DNA of 64,000 bases from Rebecca billardiae RCC1528 (taxonomy: Eukaryota > Protista > Haptophyta). Position numbers and translations under genes: made by a program. Under the pieces are notes generated by a model. The model did not search any database and had not been told where the DNA came from. It was given only the letters and a program-made list of their open reading frames with translations. The DNA lies in the NCBI GenBank assembly GCA_965240325.2, contig OZ251240.1:62001-126000 (forward strand). The letters are read 5' to 3'. This document shows positions 33,357 to 44,596 of the stretch, piece after piece. The number at the start of each line of letters is the position of its first letter. Position 1 is the stretch's first letter.

Positions 33357-34872
33357 ATGACTAAAGCTTCTGTTTCCAAAACTACGCGTAACCAAGGGGG
33401 CCGGGCCGCGCCTAAACAGGCGGCGCGCCGCGAGCCATCAACAAGGAAGAAGGTACCGATCCGAGAGGAGAACGATTCGGATCACCGGGGGGAAAACGAT
33501 TCGGAGGTGGATGATCAGGATGACGATGACCAGGAAGAGACTACTTTCCAGGAGGGTCGGGTGATCAGAACGATTGAACCACCTCTCCAGGTGGAAGACA
33601 TCGTCCCCCAAACGAGGAACGACGTTGACTATGAAGTAGATCCCAACGCAAGGAGAGGGCGGAAAGGATCACAGGCGGGGCAAGCAGGAGCTGCCGCCCG
33701 CCCGCGCGCCACCAGGGCCGAGACTCGGGGTGGTTCTCGCGGGGAAAACAATGCCCGTCGTGCAAAGGCCGCACAGTCAACCCCGCCGGTTGCAAACCGT
33801 GCAGCCGGCGCTGACAAGAAACGGAAAGGCCAGGCAGATGAAGGTCGGCAACTCAGGCAGGGGCCCCTGTCGAATAAACGACAGCGGGCGGCCACGCCAG
33901 AGCCCGACAAAAATGGTGACTCAGGCAGTGATTCCGAATTAGGCGAAGATACGGACGATGACATTCCGAGGGGGGGAGTATGAAGACGACGAGTTCCTTT
34001 CTGGTCGGGAAACCGAAGTCACTCCGGTCACAAAAAAGAGACGGCGCAGGCCCAAGCATCGAGGCGGCAAGAGTCGCAGAGGGACACTAGCCGGCAGCGA
34101 GGGCGAGTCACAATCTGGCTCTCGGGCGGGCGAGGATAGCCTCCGGGGAGCCGGGCTACTACAGTCGATACCACCACAGCTAGGGGGCATGGGAGGACCC
34201 TTGGCTGGCCCGGGGCCATTGTCGAATTTAGCCATCCAAAACTCGCTGCAGCAAGCACTGACAGGGCAAGCGATCGCCCCGATTGTGGCCCTGCAGGCTT
34301 ATCTGCCCCAGACAGCAAACATGCTGGACGATGCACAAATCACACACGGGGCTGATGGATCAGTGCAAACGAAGTTTAGCGTGCGAGCGGCACGGCGCAT
34401 TCGCACACTCGAAGATTTTGTCATAGCATACTCTCGGTTTCTTCGCAACCAACACCAGGCGGACATGGGCTCCATCCTCAAGGCAGCCCTCGAGCACCTT
34501 GAGCGAGTGGCGTCTATGTCTCGGAATCACAACCCACAAACAGCCGTGGCGTACGACGAATTAGTGCGGATGCACGCGGGGGAGACCGGCTTAATGGGCG
34601 AACTGCAGTATGCTTTCAACTCTGAGGCAATGACTACGGCCATCACGAAGCATAATTTCCGCGGCCCGCACGAGTCAGGGGGCGGTGGAGACGGCGGGCC
34701 GATCTGCCGCCTATTCAACAAACCGGGAGGCTGCTCATACAGTAAATGCAAATTCGCACACAAATGCACACGTTGTCAGGGGAAATTCAGCAGGGATGTC
34801 AAATATTGTCCGAGGTGCGGCAGCGACAAGCCGGGCAGGGATCCGAAGGGGAGAGCCAAAACGGACGGCTAG
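33357..34872 (+). CDS. Gag-like ORF1 with C-terminal CCCH + Cys zinc finger; split by a 1-nt shift in a G7 run (33970-33976)
   Basis: PICRLFNKPGGCSYSKCKFAHKCTRC. Removing one G fuses DDDIPRG to EYEDDEF. Confidence 0.8.
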
Positions 34873-34880
34873 TCCACTAG

Positions 34881-36815
34881 CCCGATCATTCGACCGTAAC
34901 CTCACCAGCAAGTAATCATCCCGCCCGGCAAGATAGTTGCAACATCCCCTCAGCAATATCCGACGACCCCCTGCTCAACCCCCCTGAGCCAATTCCACAA
35001 TGTCCAGTGTGTAGTCTAGCATGTTACGACTGTGCGTGCCAGCACAGTCAATTTTACGATAAAATCTACCGAGGCTGCCCGCTCTTCGACGCACGGGCGA
35101 GTTCGCGGCAGCTCCTCCCGCCAGGCGACAGCACCGACGAGGCAGCACATGTTACAAGATACGTGGTGGCATGTGTGTACAGCGGTTTTAGCTGCTTCCC
35201 GGGACTGGCGTCGGCGGGAGGCGACGATCCAACATACTCGTTAGCGCAGAGCAGCCTCGCCCATTGTGATCAGTACAATTATGATTCAGTGCACAAACAT
35301 CGAGACAAGGCAGCAGACCAGGTCGAGGACTGGCTCAAAAACGGATGGGCGGTGCAAGCTGAACCAGATCGCTCTGTTTTTACGCCCCTCCCCGACGGCT
35401 CAGTCAGGCACGACCGGCTCTGTGTCACACCTCTCGGGGTGGTCCCGAAACACGGCTCGTACGATGAAATCCGCATGATATTTGACTGTCGGCGCTCCGG
35501 GTTGAACGAAACTATACCCGATATTCCGTTTCGCTACCGCGAAGTGAATCACGCGTGTAAGGCTCTGCAGCCAGGTTATTGGATGGCGAAGGTGGACATT
35601 AAAAGTGCGTTCCCACACATTCATCTCCGTCCAGACGACTGGCGACACTTGGGCTTTGCCTGGCAGGATGGGTTCTGCCACATGACTCGCATGCCTTTCG
35701 GGGCAAAGAGTGCGCCGTATGTATTTTCACTGGTCGGAGATGCAGTTCGCCGGGCCTTCATGGCAATCGCTCCCGACGGGGTAGTGGCACTAGTCAACTA
35801 CCTCGACGATTTTCTACTGATCTGCAGAGACAAAGCCTCGTGTGAGGCGGCACTGGAGGCTTTTCACGCGCTCCTGGCCAAACTCGGCCTGGTCGTGAGG
35901 GAGGATAAGACAGTGCCGCCGACCCGTCGTTGTGAGTTTTTAGGAGTCGTCCTCGACTCGGTGAAGTGCGAGCTGACAGTCACCAGGGAGCGGCTTACCA
36001 ACGTAAAAATCGAAATCGACAGTATTTTGCGGCGGCGGACGGCGGCGTCAGTGGCTCAGCTTGAGTCCCTGTGCGGCCGACTAGGCTGGCTCGCGCGAGC
36101 CAACCCTCGGTGCCGTCCGTACCTACGCCGCTTGCTCGTGCTCGTGCACGCGCGCGCGCGCGGGACGCAGCGCGCGCGCGCGCGCGCGCGCGCGCGCGAC
36201 GCGAGTCAGCAGACGACGACGAAAATAGCGAAGCGGCGCGACGGCGCGGCGAGGAGGGGGACCAAAAACCTGCCCGTGCGCTTGTCCGCAACAACAAAAG
36301 ACGATCTGCGCTGGTGGGCGCGCGCGGTGCGCCACTGGCAGCCGCGCACATTGTTTTTAGAAGAACGACCTAAGCCTTGCGTAGCCGTTTTCTCGGACGC
36401 CTCGGACAATGGCTGGGGCGCCACTGCACACGGCGAAGATACATTTGGCACTGGGTTCGCACAACATTCCTTTTCACACATCTACCCAAAAGAATTATAC
36501 GCGGTAGTCCGCGCCGCACAACGCTGGGGGCCGAAGTGGAAGGCCCAAAGGGTGCTTGCCTTTGTGGATAATAAAGCCGTCGTGGACTCAATAAACAAAC
36601 ACTCGACCCGGTGCGCCGAGACTCTGCCACTCTTGCGACAACTGAATCTTCTGGAAGTACGTCATGGATTCCTTCTCCGTGCTACACACATTAGCGGCGT
36701 AGACAACGACTACGCAGATGCCCTGTCCAGAAAGGACAAGTGGCATCTCATTAAAAACATCCGCAAGCCGCCGCGGCGCGTGCGTCGCCCGGCGGGACTG
36801 TGGAACAAATTCTGA
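34881..36815 (+). CDS. Reverse transcriptase-RNase H (DIRS/Ngaro type)
   Basis: PLGVVPK, KVDIKSAF, MPFGAKSAP, YLDDF and EFLG motifs. RNase H motifs SDAS, KELYAV, VDNKAV and NDYADALSR. Frame is open from 34881 with no early ATG. Confidence 0.95.
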   Translation, partial: PDHSTVTSPASNHPARQDSCNIPSAISDDPLLNPPEPIPQCPVCSLACYDCACQHSQFYDKIYRGCPLFDARASSRQLLPPGDSTDEAAHVTRYVVACVYSGFSCFPGLASAGGDDPTYSLAQSSLAHCDQYNYDSVHKHRDKAADQVEDWLKNGWAVQAEPDRSVFTPLPDGSVRHDRLCVTPLGVVPKHGSYDEIRMIFDCRRSGLNETIPDIPFRYREVNHACKALQPGYWMAKVDIKSAFPHIHLRPDDWRHLGFAWQDGFCHMTRMPFGAKSAPYVFSLVGDAVRRAFMAIAPDGVVALVNYLDDFLLICRDKASCEAALEAFHALLAKLGLVVREDKTVPPTRRCEFLGVVLDSVKCELTVTRERLTNVKIEIDSILRRRTAASVAQLESLCGRLGWLARANPRCRPYLRRLLVLVHARARGTQRARARARARDASQQTTTKIAKRRDGAARRGTKNLPVRLSATTKDDLRWWARAVRHWQPRTLFLEERPKPCVAVFSDASDNGWGATAHGEDTFGTGFAQHSFSHIYPKELYAVVRAAQRWGPKWKAQRVLAFVDNKAVVDSINKHSTRCAETLPLLRQLNLLEVRHGFLLRATHISGVDNDYADALSRKDKWHLIKNIRKPPRRVRRPAGLWNKF

Positions 36816-36820
36816 GCTTA

Positions 36821-37849
36821 ATGGGCAGGCCACCGGCAGGCCCAACGAGGAAGGTATCTACGTTGAAACAATTAGATTCAGTGGTCGCGACCGTGGTTCA
36901 GGCGGGAGTGGAGGCAAATACAACTCGGTCGTACAATACGGCAGTCAAGGCGTGGCTGCGATTCTGCGGCCAATACCATCTACGGCCGGATGGGTTTCAC
37001 ATTAACAAGCAATTTGAACGGTTTGCTGGGTTCCTGCTGGCCGCTGGGAATTTGGCAAATACGGTAAAGACGTACACAGGGGCGGTCCGAGCTTGGGCAC
37101 GAGCGAGAGGTTATACCGTCTGCAAACGTAGCTTCGTTGAAAAACGGATCGTACAGTTTATAGAAGCGCAACACGGAAAGACCCCCCTAAGGAAGCGGGG
37201 ACTGACGGCGGCTCAACTTTCGCCAGTTTGTGCTCGGCTGAAGTTGTCCCGAGCGCACCAAGATAAGATGTGGCTTGCATTAGTCACTGTGGCGACATTC
37301 GGGCTACTGCGGTCTGAACATTTCTCTGCAGGGGGACACTCTGCTGTGGGGCAGGGTACCAGAATCATACACTGGGACGACGTGCTTTGGGACACAACGG
37401 GAAAAGGGATATTTATCATTCTACACCGTGGCAAACGACAGCGCGAGCCAGTGGGCGTCTGGCTACCTAAGCTCACCAACACTTCAGGGGTGTGCTGCCC
37501 GGTGCGGGCACTGCGAGATTGGTGGCAGTACAGTCGCGCACGCCTCCGACGAGGTGAGGTACCGTCGGGGCCAGTCTTTAGTTCAGCCAAGTCAAGAGGC
37601 TGCCCCCTACCATATGAGGAGGCGCTAGGGTGGGCACACGCCCTCGGAGTCTCCCTGGGGTTGGGGGGTACGGCCCTCGGGACACATACATGGCGGCGTA
37701 CAGGGTTATGGCTGGCAGAGTCGGCCAAATTGACGGAGGACGACTGCAAGCTTATTGGCAGGTGGCATTCGGGCGTGTGGCGATCCTACTCGTCTCAGGC
37801 TTTGCGGCGAGGCCAATTATGTGCTCGAATGGCAAAAGCACTCGGCTAA
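36821..37849 (+). CDS. Tyrosine recombinase
   Basis: GLLRSEH (R), RGK (K), THTWRR (HxxR) and IGRWHSGVWRSY (W, Y). Confidence 0.93.
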   Translation: MGRPPAGPTRKVSTLKQLDSVVATVVQAGVEANTTRSYNTAVKAWLRFCGQYHLRPDGFHINKQFERFAGFLLAAGNLANTVKTYTGAVRAWARARGYTVCKRSFVEKRIVQFIEAQHGKTPLRKRGLTAAQLSPVCARLKLSRAHQDKMWLALVTVATFGLLRSEHFSAGGHSAVGQGTRIIHWDDVLWDTTGKGIFIILHRGKRQREPVGVWLPKLTNTSGVCCPVRALRDWWQYSRARLRRGEVPSGPVFSSAKSRGCPLPYEEALGWAHALGVSLGLGGTALGTHTWRRTGLWLAESAKLTEDDCKLIGRWHSGVWRSYSSQALRRGQLCARMAKALG

Positions 37850-38447
37850 GGCTAGGCACTGGTCAGACATTGCGATTGATGCAACCGACCACGCCAAGGC
37901 TGGAAGCAAGCCCACTTGTCGAGTTATACACACGATCATAGATATATATATATTTAATTATTTAATGCATCTATTCACATATGACTCATTGACCGTTCCT
38001 GACAGTGCGTCGAGTGGCGGGACAGCAGTGGTCGCTAGCGTTAAACAGTAGTTGTGTTGTGCATTTTGTCAAACGATGACAGTCATTCGTGCTGACGGAG
38101 AATGTGCATCCCCCCCCCCCCCCCCCCTTGCCCTGCTCGCACAGGTACTTTGTACTACCGGATGCACAAATCGCATGCCAGTAGACATACAATCTATATT
38201 GTTATTGTTTGGGAGAGTGATCGAACCAGGAGCCCAACTCAGGCGGGAACTAGCAGTGTGCAGCCGAATATTGTGAGTAGTTTTTCCATCGATGACCACC
38301 ATCGGTCCGTCCGCTCTACATGTGGGGGATAAACTGGACAGTGCGGTCAGAAGCCCTGGCTAGCGATAGTTGTTGCTGGTCCGATATGGAAGAACCGACC
38401 GACACAGTGATACTTATCAGTGTGTCGCTCCGGTCCATCCGGTTTGG

Positions 38448-38968
38448 GGGAATCGTTGTCTGTTGCCCAAGGTATCCACAGTCAGTGGGTCCCTGGCAAA
38501 AGACAATGACGAACAAGCATATACTATCGCTTACTTCAGCGGTGACCATGGAGTCCGACTCTGCCCCAAAGAAAGCGGACGAATCATCGGATGGAACATT
38601 GCTGGTTCGGCATCAACATCAATATCAAGACTAGACCGCCCACAAGTTCAGAGACACTGTAACTTGCTTGAACAAACATTGGGCTCACCAATCGACCACT
38701 CCCGCGAAGCCGAGGTCAAATGTACAAACGTTGATGAACCTCGTCTCGCGGTGAGCCTCTGCTTTCTGCTTGCTCGCGTAAGGAGATGGCGGAGGCAAAG
38801 CCACTAACAATAACAAGGGCGCTCGGGCTGAAAGGCCCGGGCGTCCGCCCCCACACTCGTTCCGGTCGGGGGCCGCACATTAAAGCAAGGACGCAGTGGG
38901 GGGAGCGGGAACTTAGGCGCGCGCGCGCGCGCGCGCGGTAGTTTGCCAGCTGAGGACTAGCAGTGTTA
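38448..38968 (+). repeat. Split direct repeat B1
   Basis: Matches 39955-40475. Confidence 0.95.
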
Positions 38969-38982
38969 TTCTATCCGACTAA

Positions 38983-39782
38983 CCCCTCTTAGACCACAGT
39001 GTCTAACGAGAACTTTAGTCGGGCCAACCGTCGGCGGCCCTTGGCAACATGGCCATTGACGGCCGGTAGAGGCCGGCAGTAAGGCAGGATCCAGGCGGAG
39101 GCTCTCACCAGAGTTGGCGGCGCCGCGCGCGCCGCGCGCGCGCGCAAGGAGAGACACCATTCGGATCGTAGCTGGCAGCCAAGGGCCCAGTAGGCAGCCG
39201 AACGCGTGAGGCCTCGGAGAGAGGTAGCTGGCAAATGGAACATCCAGGACGTACAAACGTACACGGATGCAGCCGTACGGGCAATACGTATGATGCAGAG
39301 GTACACTGTCGCGCGACAGGAAGAGTGTGAAGTACGATCAGTCATCGCCGCCGCGCGCGCGCGCGCGCGCCAGTGCAGAAGGGAGAGGACAGGCGGAGCC
39401 GGGACCAAACGCGGAGCCCACGAAGGCAGAGGCTCGTGCGACACACGAGGATCACACGCCGCACGAGGACCGTGGCCGGGTGCGGCCCCCGAGCAGCGGG
39501 CAGAGGCGACCTACCGACGGTCGCCACACCGAGTGGCAGCCATTTCGTCCTGCGGCGAAGTCTTGCGGCCGGGCGCGCCTCCTGCGCCGCGCCCCTGGCG
39601 CGGAGCGTGGACGGGCGCAGGTTTGCGCCTCGCGCCGGCGCATCTTGGGCTCAAGCCCGTCGAAGAGCACGTGTTTGCGTCGCGCTTCGAAGGAGGGGGT
39701 TGGCAGCTCTTGTGGAGGAGGGCTCGGCGCGAGACGCAGTCGAGCAAGGGTCGCCTCCTTCCACAGGAATCAAAGCTCTTTC
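38983..39782 (+). repeat. Split direct repeat A2
   Basis: Matches 31512-32311. Confidence 0.95.
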
Positions 39783-39954
39783 CCGCCCACCCGCCCGCAC
39801 GCATTTATTTTCGTTGTTACGGGATTCCATCAACCCGAATAAACAGGGCAGCGGTGCTTCTTTTCCGGCGAGCAAGCCGAGCCTGTTGAAGCCAATGAAA
39901 ACGGCTTCAACAACCATCCTTGTTAACCAACGGACCGACGACAATTGGGGAATC

Positions 39955-40475
39955 GGGAATCGTTGTCTGTTGCCCAAGGTATCCACAGTCAGTGGGTCCC
40001 TGGCAAAAGACAATGACGAACAAGCATATACTATCGCTTACTTCAGCGGTGACCATGGAGTCCGACTCTGCCCCAAAGAAAGCGGACGAATCATCGGATG
40101 GAACATTGCTGGTTCGGCATCAACATCAATATCAAGACTAGACCGCCCACAAGTTCAGAGACACTGTAACTTGCTTGAACAAACATTGGGCTCACCAATC
40201 GACCACTCCCGCGAAGCCGAGGTCAAATGTACAAACGTTGATGAACCTCGTCTCGCGGTGAGCCTCTGCTTTCTGCTTGCTCGCGTAAGGAGATGGCGGA
40301 GGCAAAGCCACTAACAATAACAAGGGCGCTCGGGCTGAAAGGCCCGGGCGTCCGCCCCCACACTCGTTCCGGTCGGGGGCCGCACATTAAAGCAAGGACG
40401 CAGTGGGGGGAGCGGGAACTTAGGCGCGCGCGCGCGCGCGCGCGGTAGTTTGCCAGCTGAGGACTAGCAGTGTTA
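39955..40475 (+). repeat. Split direct repeat B2
   Basis: Matches 38448-38968. Confidence 0.95.
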
Positions 40476-40478
40476 GGG

Positions 40479-41303
40479 TTCTAGCCGCCACTCCGCCATG
40501 CCCGGCTCGTACAAGGCGTCGGTCGTACGACTTGACTCTGGAGCTGGATGGTCGCGGCGCGCGGCGTTGTGGATGAGTAGACGGCCACGCCGATGATATC
40601 ATGGAATAACGATCAGGTTATAGCTATGTTGGGCGGATTTGAGCAACGAACGACAGCGGGCGCTGGCAGCGGCGTGGCGGTTGAGCTGCTGCCCGAGGTC
40701 GAGAGGGCGCCCACGAGTCGTCAGTCACTGAGCAAGGTCGATTAAGGCGGATGGCTCGCTGACACTGCAGTGCACGTACGCGTATGGAACCCATTCCATA
40801 TCCGCCAGAGGCCGAGGGTGGGCGGGCGGTCAAACGATGAAGCGTCGGCGGGTTGACGCGACAGCGGCGAGAGCAAGAGGCCATTGCATGAGGGGCGACG
40901 CGGCGAGGACAGATGACGTCGTCGTGCCGCCGACGATCGGGCGGGGAGCCGGGCCACACAGACAGCCAGCGACCTTACCGAGCAGAGGGGCTGCGGCGAC
41001 TGCGGTGCACCTCCTGCAGCGGAGAGTGCACCCGGCAGTGCCCGTGATGCAGGCGATCCCCCTGCCCAGCTCGGCGCCTTCGTCGTGGGCAGCCCGATGT
41101 CGCCCGAAGAGCGAGACCTGATGGCCACGATGGGCGGTAATCAACCGAGTCCTGCGGGTGCGCCGCTGTGTGCCGGATTGGCAGCGCACCAGGACAGTCC
41201 TGCGCGCGGCGGTGCGCGCGGGACCGCAACGCAGGAATGCCATGCTAGCCGGATTCTTGGCGTCGCTCATAGACACTCAGTTATAGGTTCCCTATAACGC
41301 CAC
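40479..41303 (+). mobile_element. Family B element, near full length
   Basis: Starts ttctagccgccactccgccatgcc (compare tgtctaaccactccgccatgcc in the 13.4-kb copy). 3' hairpin gttatagg-ttc-cctataac (41280-41298), then gccac+ATAT. Confidence 0.8.
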
Positions 41304-41413
41304 ATATATCATCATCATTAGGACCGGATGTTTAATAATGACCGCCATGACTGAATAACTGAATTGACGATGACGTGACGATTCGTATACTTATGTGACG
41401 ATATGCCGCTGGC

Positions 41414-41554
41414 CGTCGCCCGACGCGTGATCTCCGAGCTGCGGCACCGGCTGCGCTCGATCGCGTTTGCGGACGTGGCCGTGCCGCTCTCGGCGCTCGG
41501 GCGGCGCGCGTCCACGCTGATGACGGCCAAGCCGTAGCAGGCATCGGCGAGAGC
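41414..41554 (+). repeat. Inverted duplicate of the 3' end of the TIR-like gene (47762-47897)
   Basis: 136-bp match with two small insertions (+2 and +3). Confidence 0.9.
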
Positions 41555-41820
41555 GCGCGGCGCTGCTACCGTGCCGCGCGGGCGATGTCATCTATGGGCA
41601 TGCGGCGGCCCGATGGCCCCGAATGCCTTAGGCGTTCCGGACCGGCCGACCGCCATCAGCCGGTCTCGTAGTCGAGTCGTACTACTACGATTATAAGTAG
41701 CGCAGCGCCTCGTCAGCATCATCAGACGTACGTACGGATATCATCATGCGCGCATGCTGTAGTGCTTTTCAATTTTAACGACGCGCGATGCCGCGCCGCT
41801 GAGTACCCCGCCTGCGCTCA

Positions 41821-43035
41821 TCACCGCTGCTGTCGCCTGCCGAGGCTGCTGCCGTGCGCTTGCTGCTCCCGCGCGTCCGCCTGCAGCAGCGGCCGCAGCT
41901 CCGCCTCGACGAGGGCGCGCGCGCCCGCGCACTTGTCCCACTTGTGCAGCACGAGGAGCGTGCCCGCCGTGCGGTTGCGCCTCTGCCTCAGCTCTTTCTC
42001 AAACACCTCGCACAGCCGCGGCGTGCGCAGCGAGAGCGCGGGCCCGCTGAACACGTCGTGCACCTGCACGCGCCCCAGCGCGGAGGGGCCGCCCGCCGGG
42101 AGCAGGCCGGCGCGCAGCGCGCCCGCGGGCGGCTGCGGGATGGGCGGCGCGCTCGCGCGCGGGACGAGGCCGAACTGCGCCCAGCCGTCCGGCGCGCGCG
42201 TGCGCGGCACGCCCGCCTCCTCCGAGCCCTCGGCGCCGCCGCCGTCCGCGTCCGCGTACACGCCTGCCGTGCGGATGCCGTGCGCGTGCATCAGGAAGTT
42301 GAGCAGGGGCTGGTCGTTGTGGTGGCACACGGCCTCGTGCGGGTGCGCGGCCCACATCTGGTGCTCGAGCGCGGCCATCGCGACGCACAGCCGGCGCACG
42401 CCCTCCGCGCTGCCCACGACCGTGCCCGCGCACAGGTTGAAGCGCAGCGCGCGCGTCATGTTCTTGGCCGCGCGCGCGGAGACGCACTTGGTCAGCCGGC
42501 TCTGCACCCACACGGTGATCTGCGGCATCTCGGAGAAGAGGGAGAGCGGCGGCAACGAGGGCGGCAGCGCGAACGGGTGGCGCAGGAACACCACGTCGCG
42601 CACGTCGAGCAGCCACACGCGCTCGTACCGCGAGGGCGGCGCGCCCAGCCAGCGCAGGTAGTGCAGGTACCGCCTCGTGTTGAGCGCGCCCAGCCAGAGG
42701 GAGGACGGCGCGCCGCCCGCGCCGCCGCGCCTGTCGAAGGGGATGCGCTCGCACGGCGCGGTGTCGGTGGTCACGCCGAAGCGCGCGAGGTACCGCGCCG
42801 TCTCCCCGTCCAGCCCCGGCTCGACCCCAAAGTGCGTGGCGCCGCGGTACCCGCTCGCTCGGAGCGAGAGCAGGAAGTGGCGCACGTGCCGCGCGGAGTA
42901 GGCGCACGCCATCGCGAAGATGGCGTGCGCGCCGTCGCCGGGCACGCTGCTCGGCACGATCGCCCCGCCCGCGCCGCGCGCCAGCGCCCAAGCCGCGATG
43001 GCGAGCAGCACGCCGCGCGCCGTGAGCGGCGCCAT
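41821..43035 (-). CDS. Secretory-pathway glycosyltransferase-like protein of unknown family
   Basis: Signal peptide; RVWLLDVRDVVF, NLCAGTVVG, NDQPLLN and VLHKWDK motifs. Confidence 0.7.
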   Translation of the reverse strand: MAPLTARGVLLAIAAWALARGAGGAIVPSSVPGDGAHAIFAMACAYSARHVRHFLLSLRASGYRGATHFGVEPGLDGETARYLARFGVTTDTAPCERIPFDRRGGAGGAPSSLWLGALNTRRYLHYLRWLGAPPSRYERVWLLDVRDVVFLRHPFALPPSLPPLSLFSEMPQITVWVQSRLTKCVSARAAKNMTRALRFNLCAGTVVGSAEGVRRLCVAMAALEHQMWAAHPHEAVCHHNDQPLLNFLMHAHGIRTAGVYADADGGGAEGSEEAGVPRTRAPDGWAQFGLVPRASAPPIPQPPAGALRAGLLPAGGPSALGRVQVHDVFSGPALSLRTPRLCEVFEKELRQRRNRTAGTLLVLHKWDKCAGARALVEAELRPLLQADAREQQAHGSSLGRRQQR

Positions 43036-43188
43036 CGCTCTTCTTCGTCAGCTTGCTGCTGGCGAATACTGTAATCTCGCCTGCCTGAGCTGTGTGCGTC
43101 TCTTATTCTTAGTAAACTGTACTCACATTCACAGGCCGCATACTGGGCTGCCTTCTTGCGCCAACCGTCGTTCGCTCGGGCCACCCCG

Positions 43189-44596
43189 ATGGCATCGACA
43201 GCTAGGCACGCGTGCCGAGGCGCGGCTCACCGACCTGCCGCCCGAGCTCGTCGCGCGCATCTTCGCCCATCTCGATGGCACGCGCGACCTCGCCGCCGCC
43301 AATGCAGCCGCGCGCCTCTTCCGCGGCGCGCCGCTCGAGCACGCGCTGCGCGAGCGCGCGCGTACACGCGGGCACGAGGTCGCGCTGCCGGCGACCCTGC
43401 CCGTTGGCGTGTCCACGTGGACGGAGGAGCTGCTCGCGTGCGAGCGCATTCTCGCGCTCGCACACGCGCACTCGCACAGTGTAGCCTCCGGTGGACTGTA
43501 TCCCGACCTGTTCAGCGCGTTTGTCGACGCGGACGGCGGCGTGCACACTTGCGGCGCACCGCTGGGCCATCCCGAGCTCAGCTGGGAGACGGCCGTGCTC
43601 GTGCCGACGCGCGTGGGCTCGTTCGAGGCGGTGCGCGTGGGTGCGGTGGCTGCCGGCCGCACGCACCTGCTCGCGCTGAGCGAGGCAGGCGCCGTGTACG
43701 CGTGCGGCAGCAACGAGTACGGCCAGCTGGGCGTGGGCGACAAGGCCGAGCGACGGGCGTTCGTGCAGGTGGCGGCGCTGGGTGCGGACCTCGTCGTGGG
43801 CATCGGCGCAGGCTATGCGCACAGCCTCGCGCTCACGACAGCTGGCGTGGCGTACAGCTGGGGTGACAACTGCTGTGGCCAGCTCGGCCACGGCGACGTA
43901 GAGGACCGGCTGGAGCCGACGCGCATCGAGGCGCTGGACGGCGTGCGCATGGGCGGCGTGGCCGCGAGCTGGGGGCACACGCTGCTGCTTTCGGTGGATG
44001 GCGCCGTGCACTCATTCGGCCTCGGTGGTCATGGCGGCCTTGGCCACGGTGACGAGCAGTCGCAGCACACGCCGCGGCGCATCGAGGCGCTCGCAGGCGT
44101 GCGCGCCGTGCACGTGAGCGCGGGCTGGTACCACAGCCTGGTGGTGGACGCAGCGGGCGGCGTGCACTCCTTCGGAGACGGTGCTTTTGGCGCGCTCGGC
44201 CACGGTGACACGGCGCGTCGTTTGGTCCCCACGCGCATCGAAGCACTGGGCGGCATGCGTGCCGTGCGCGCCAGCGCGGGCTGGCACAACAGCGCGGTGG
44301 TGTGCGCGGACGGCAGCGTGCCCACGTTTGGACGCAACCGCAACGGCCAGATGGAGCTGGGGCTGGGGCTGGGGGATCGCCTGGTGCCCGAGCGGGTGGA
44401 GGGCCTCGCGCATGCGCACGTGCTCGACTGCTCGCTCAGTCACTGCCACGCCTTCTACGTGACGGTGGACGGTGGCGTGCACGCGTGCGGCGCCCATTCA
44501 GTCGCGCTCGGCCTGGGCGTGCGCATCCACGGCAGACTGCAGCGGATGCCGCAGCGCGTGGTGCAGCTGCCGCCCCTGCGCTGTGGGCCGCGCTGA
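43189..44596 (+). CDS. F-box + RCC1-repeat protein (start uncertain; nearest ATG at 43189 is out of frame)
   Basis: LTDLPPELVARIFAHL F-box. Repeated AGxxHS/T...VxSxGxxxxGxLGHG RCC1 units. Confidence 0.8.

Larger units (their letters stand above)
31512..40475 (+). mobile_element. Full-length Ngaro/PAT-like tyrosine-recombinase retrotransposon with split direct repeats A1-ORFs-B1-A2-B2
   Basis: Gag-like zinc finger, RT-RNase H and YR ORFs. A repeats of about 800 bp (offset 7471) and B repeats of about 521 bp (offset 1507). No integrase and no TSD. Confidence 0.93.

Noticed and set aside
31512-39782. A1/A2 as LTRs of a Ty3/Ty1 retrotransposon
   Set aside because: No DDE integrase or protease, no TG..CA ends or TSD; the YR and second repeat pair indicate Ngaro/PAT type.
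38370-40314. ORFs inside repeats A and B
   Set aside because: No recognisable domains or codon bias; they only reflect the duplicated repeats.
42920-43188. Extended N-termini given by the ORF track (also 19722, 55299, 7342, 28165)
   Set aside because: They run through neighbouring genes or intergenic filler; domain homology starts downstream.
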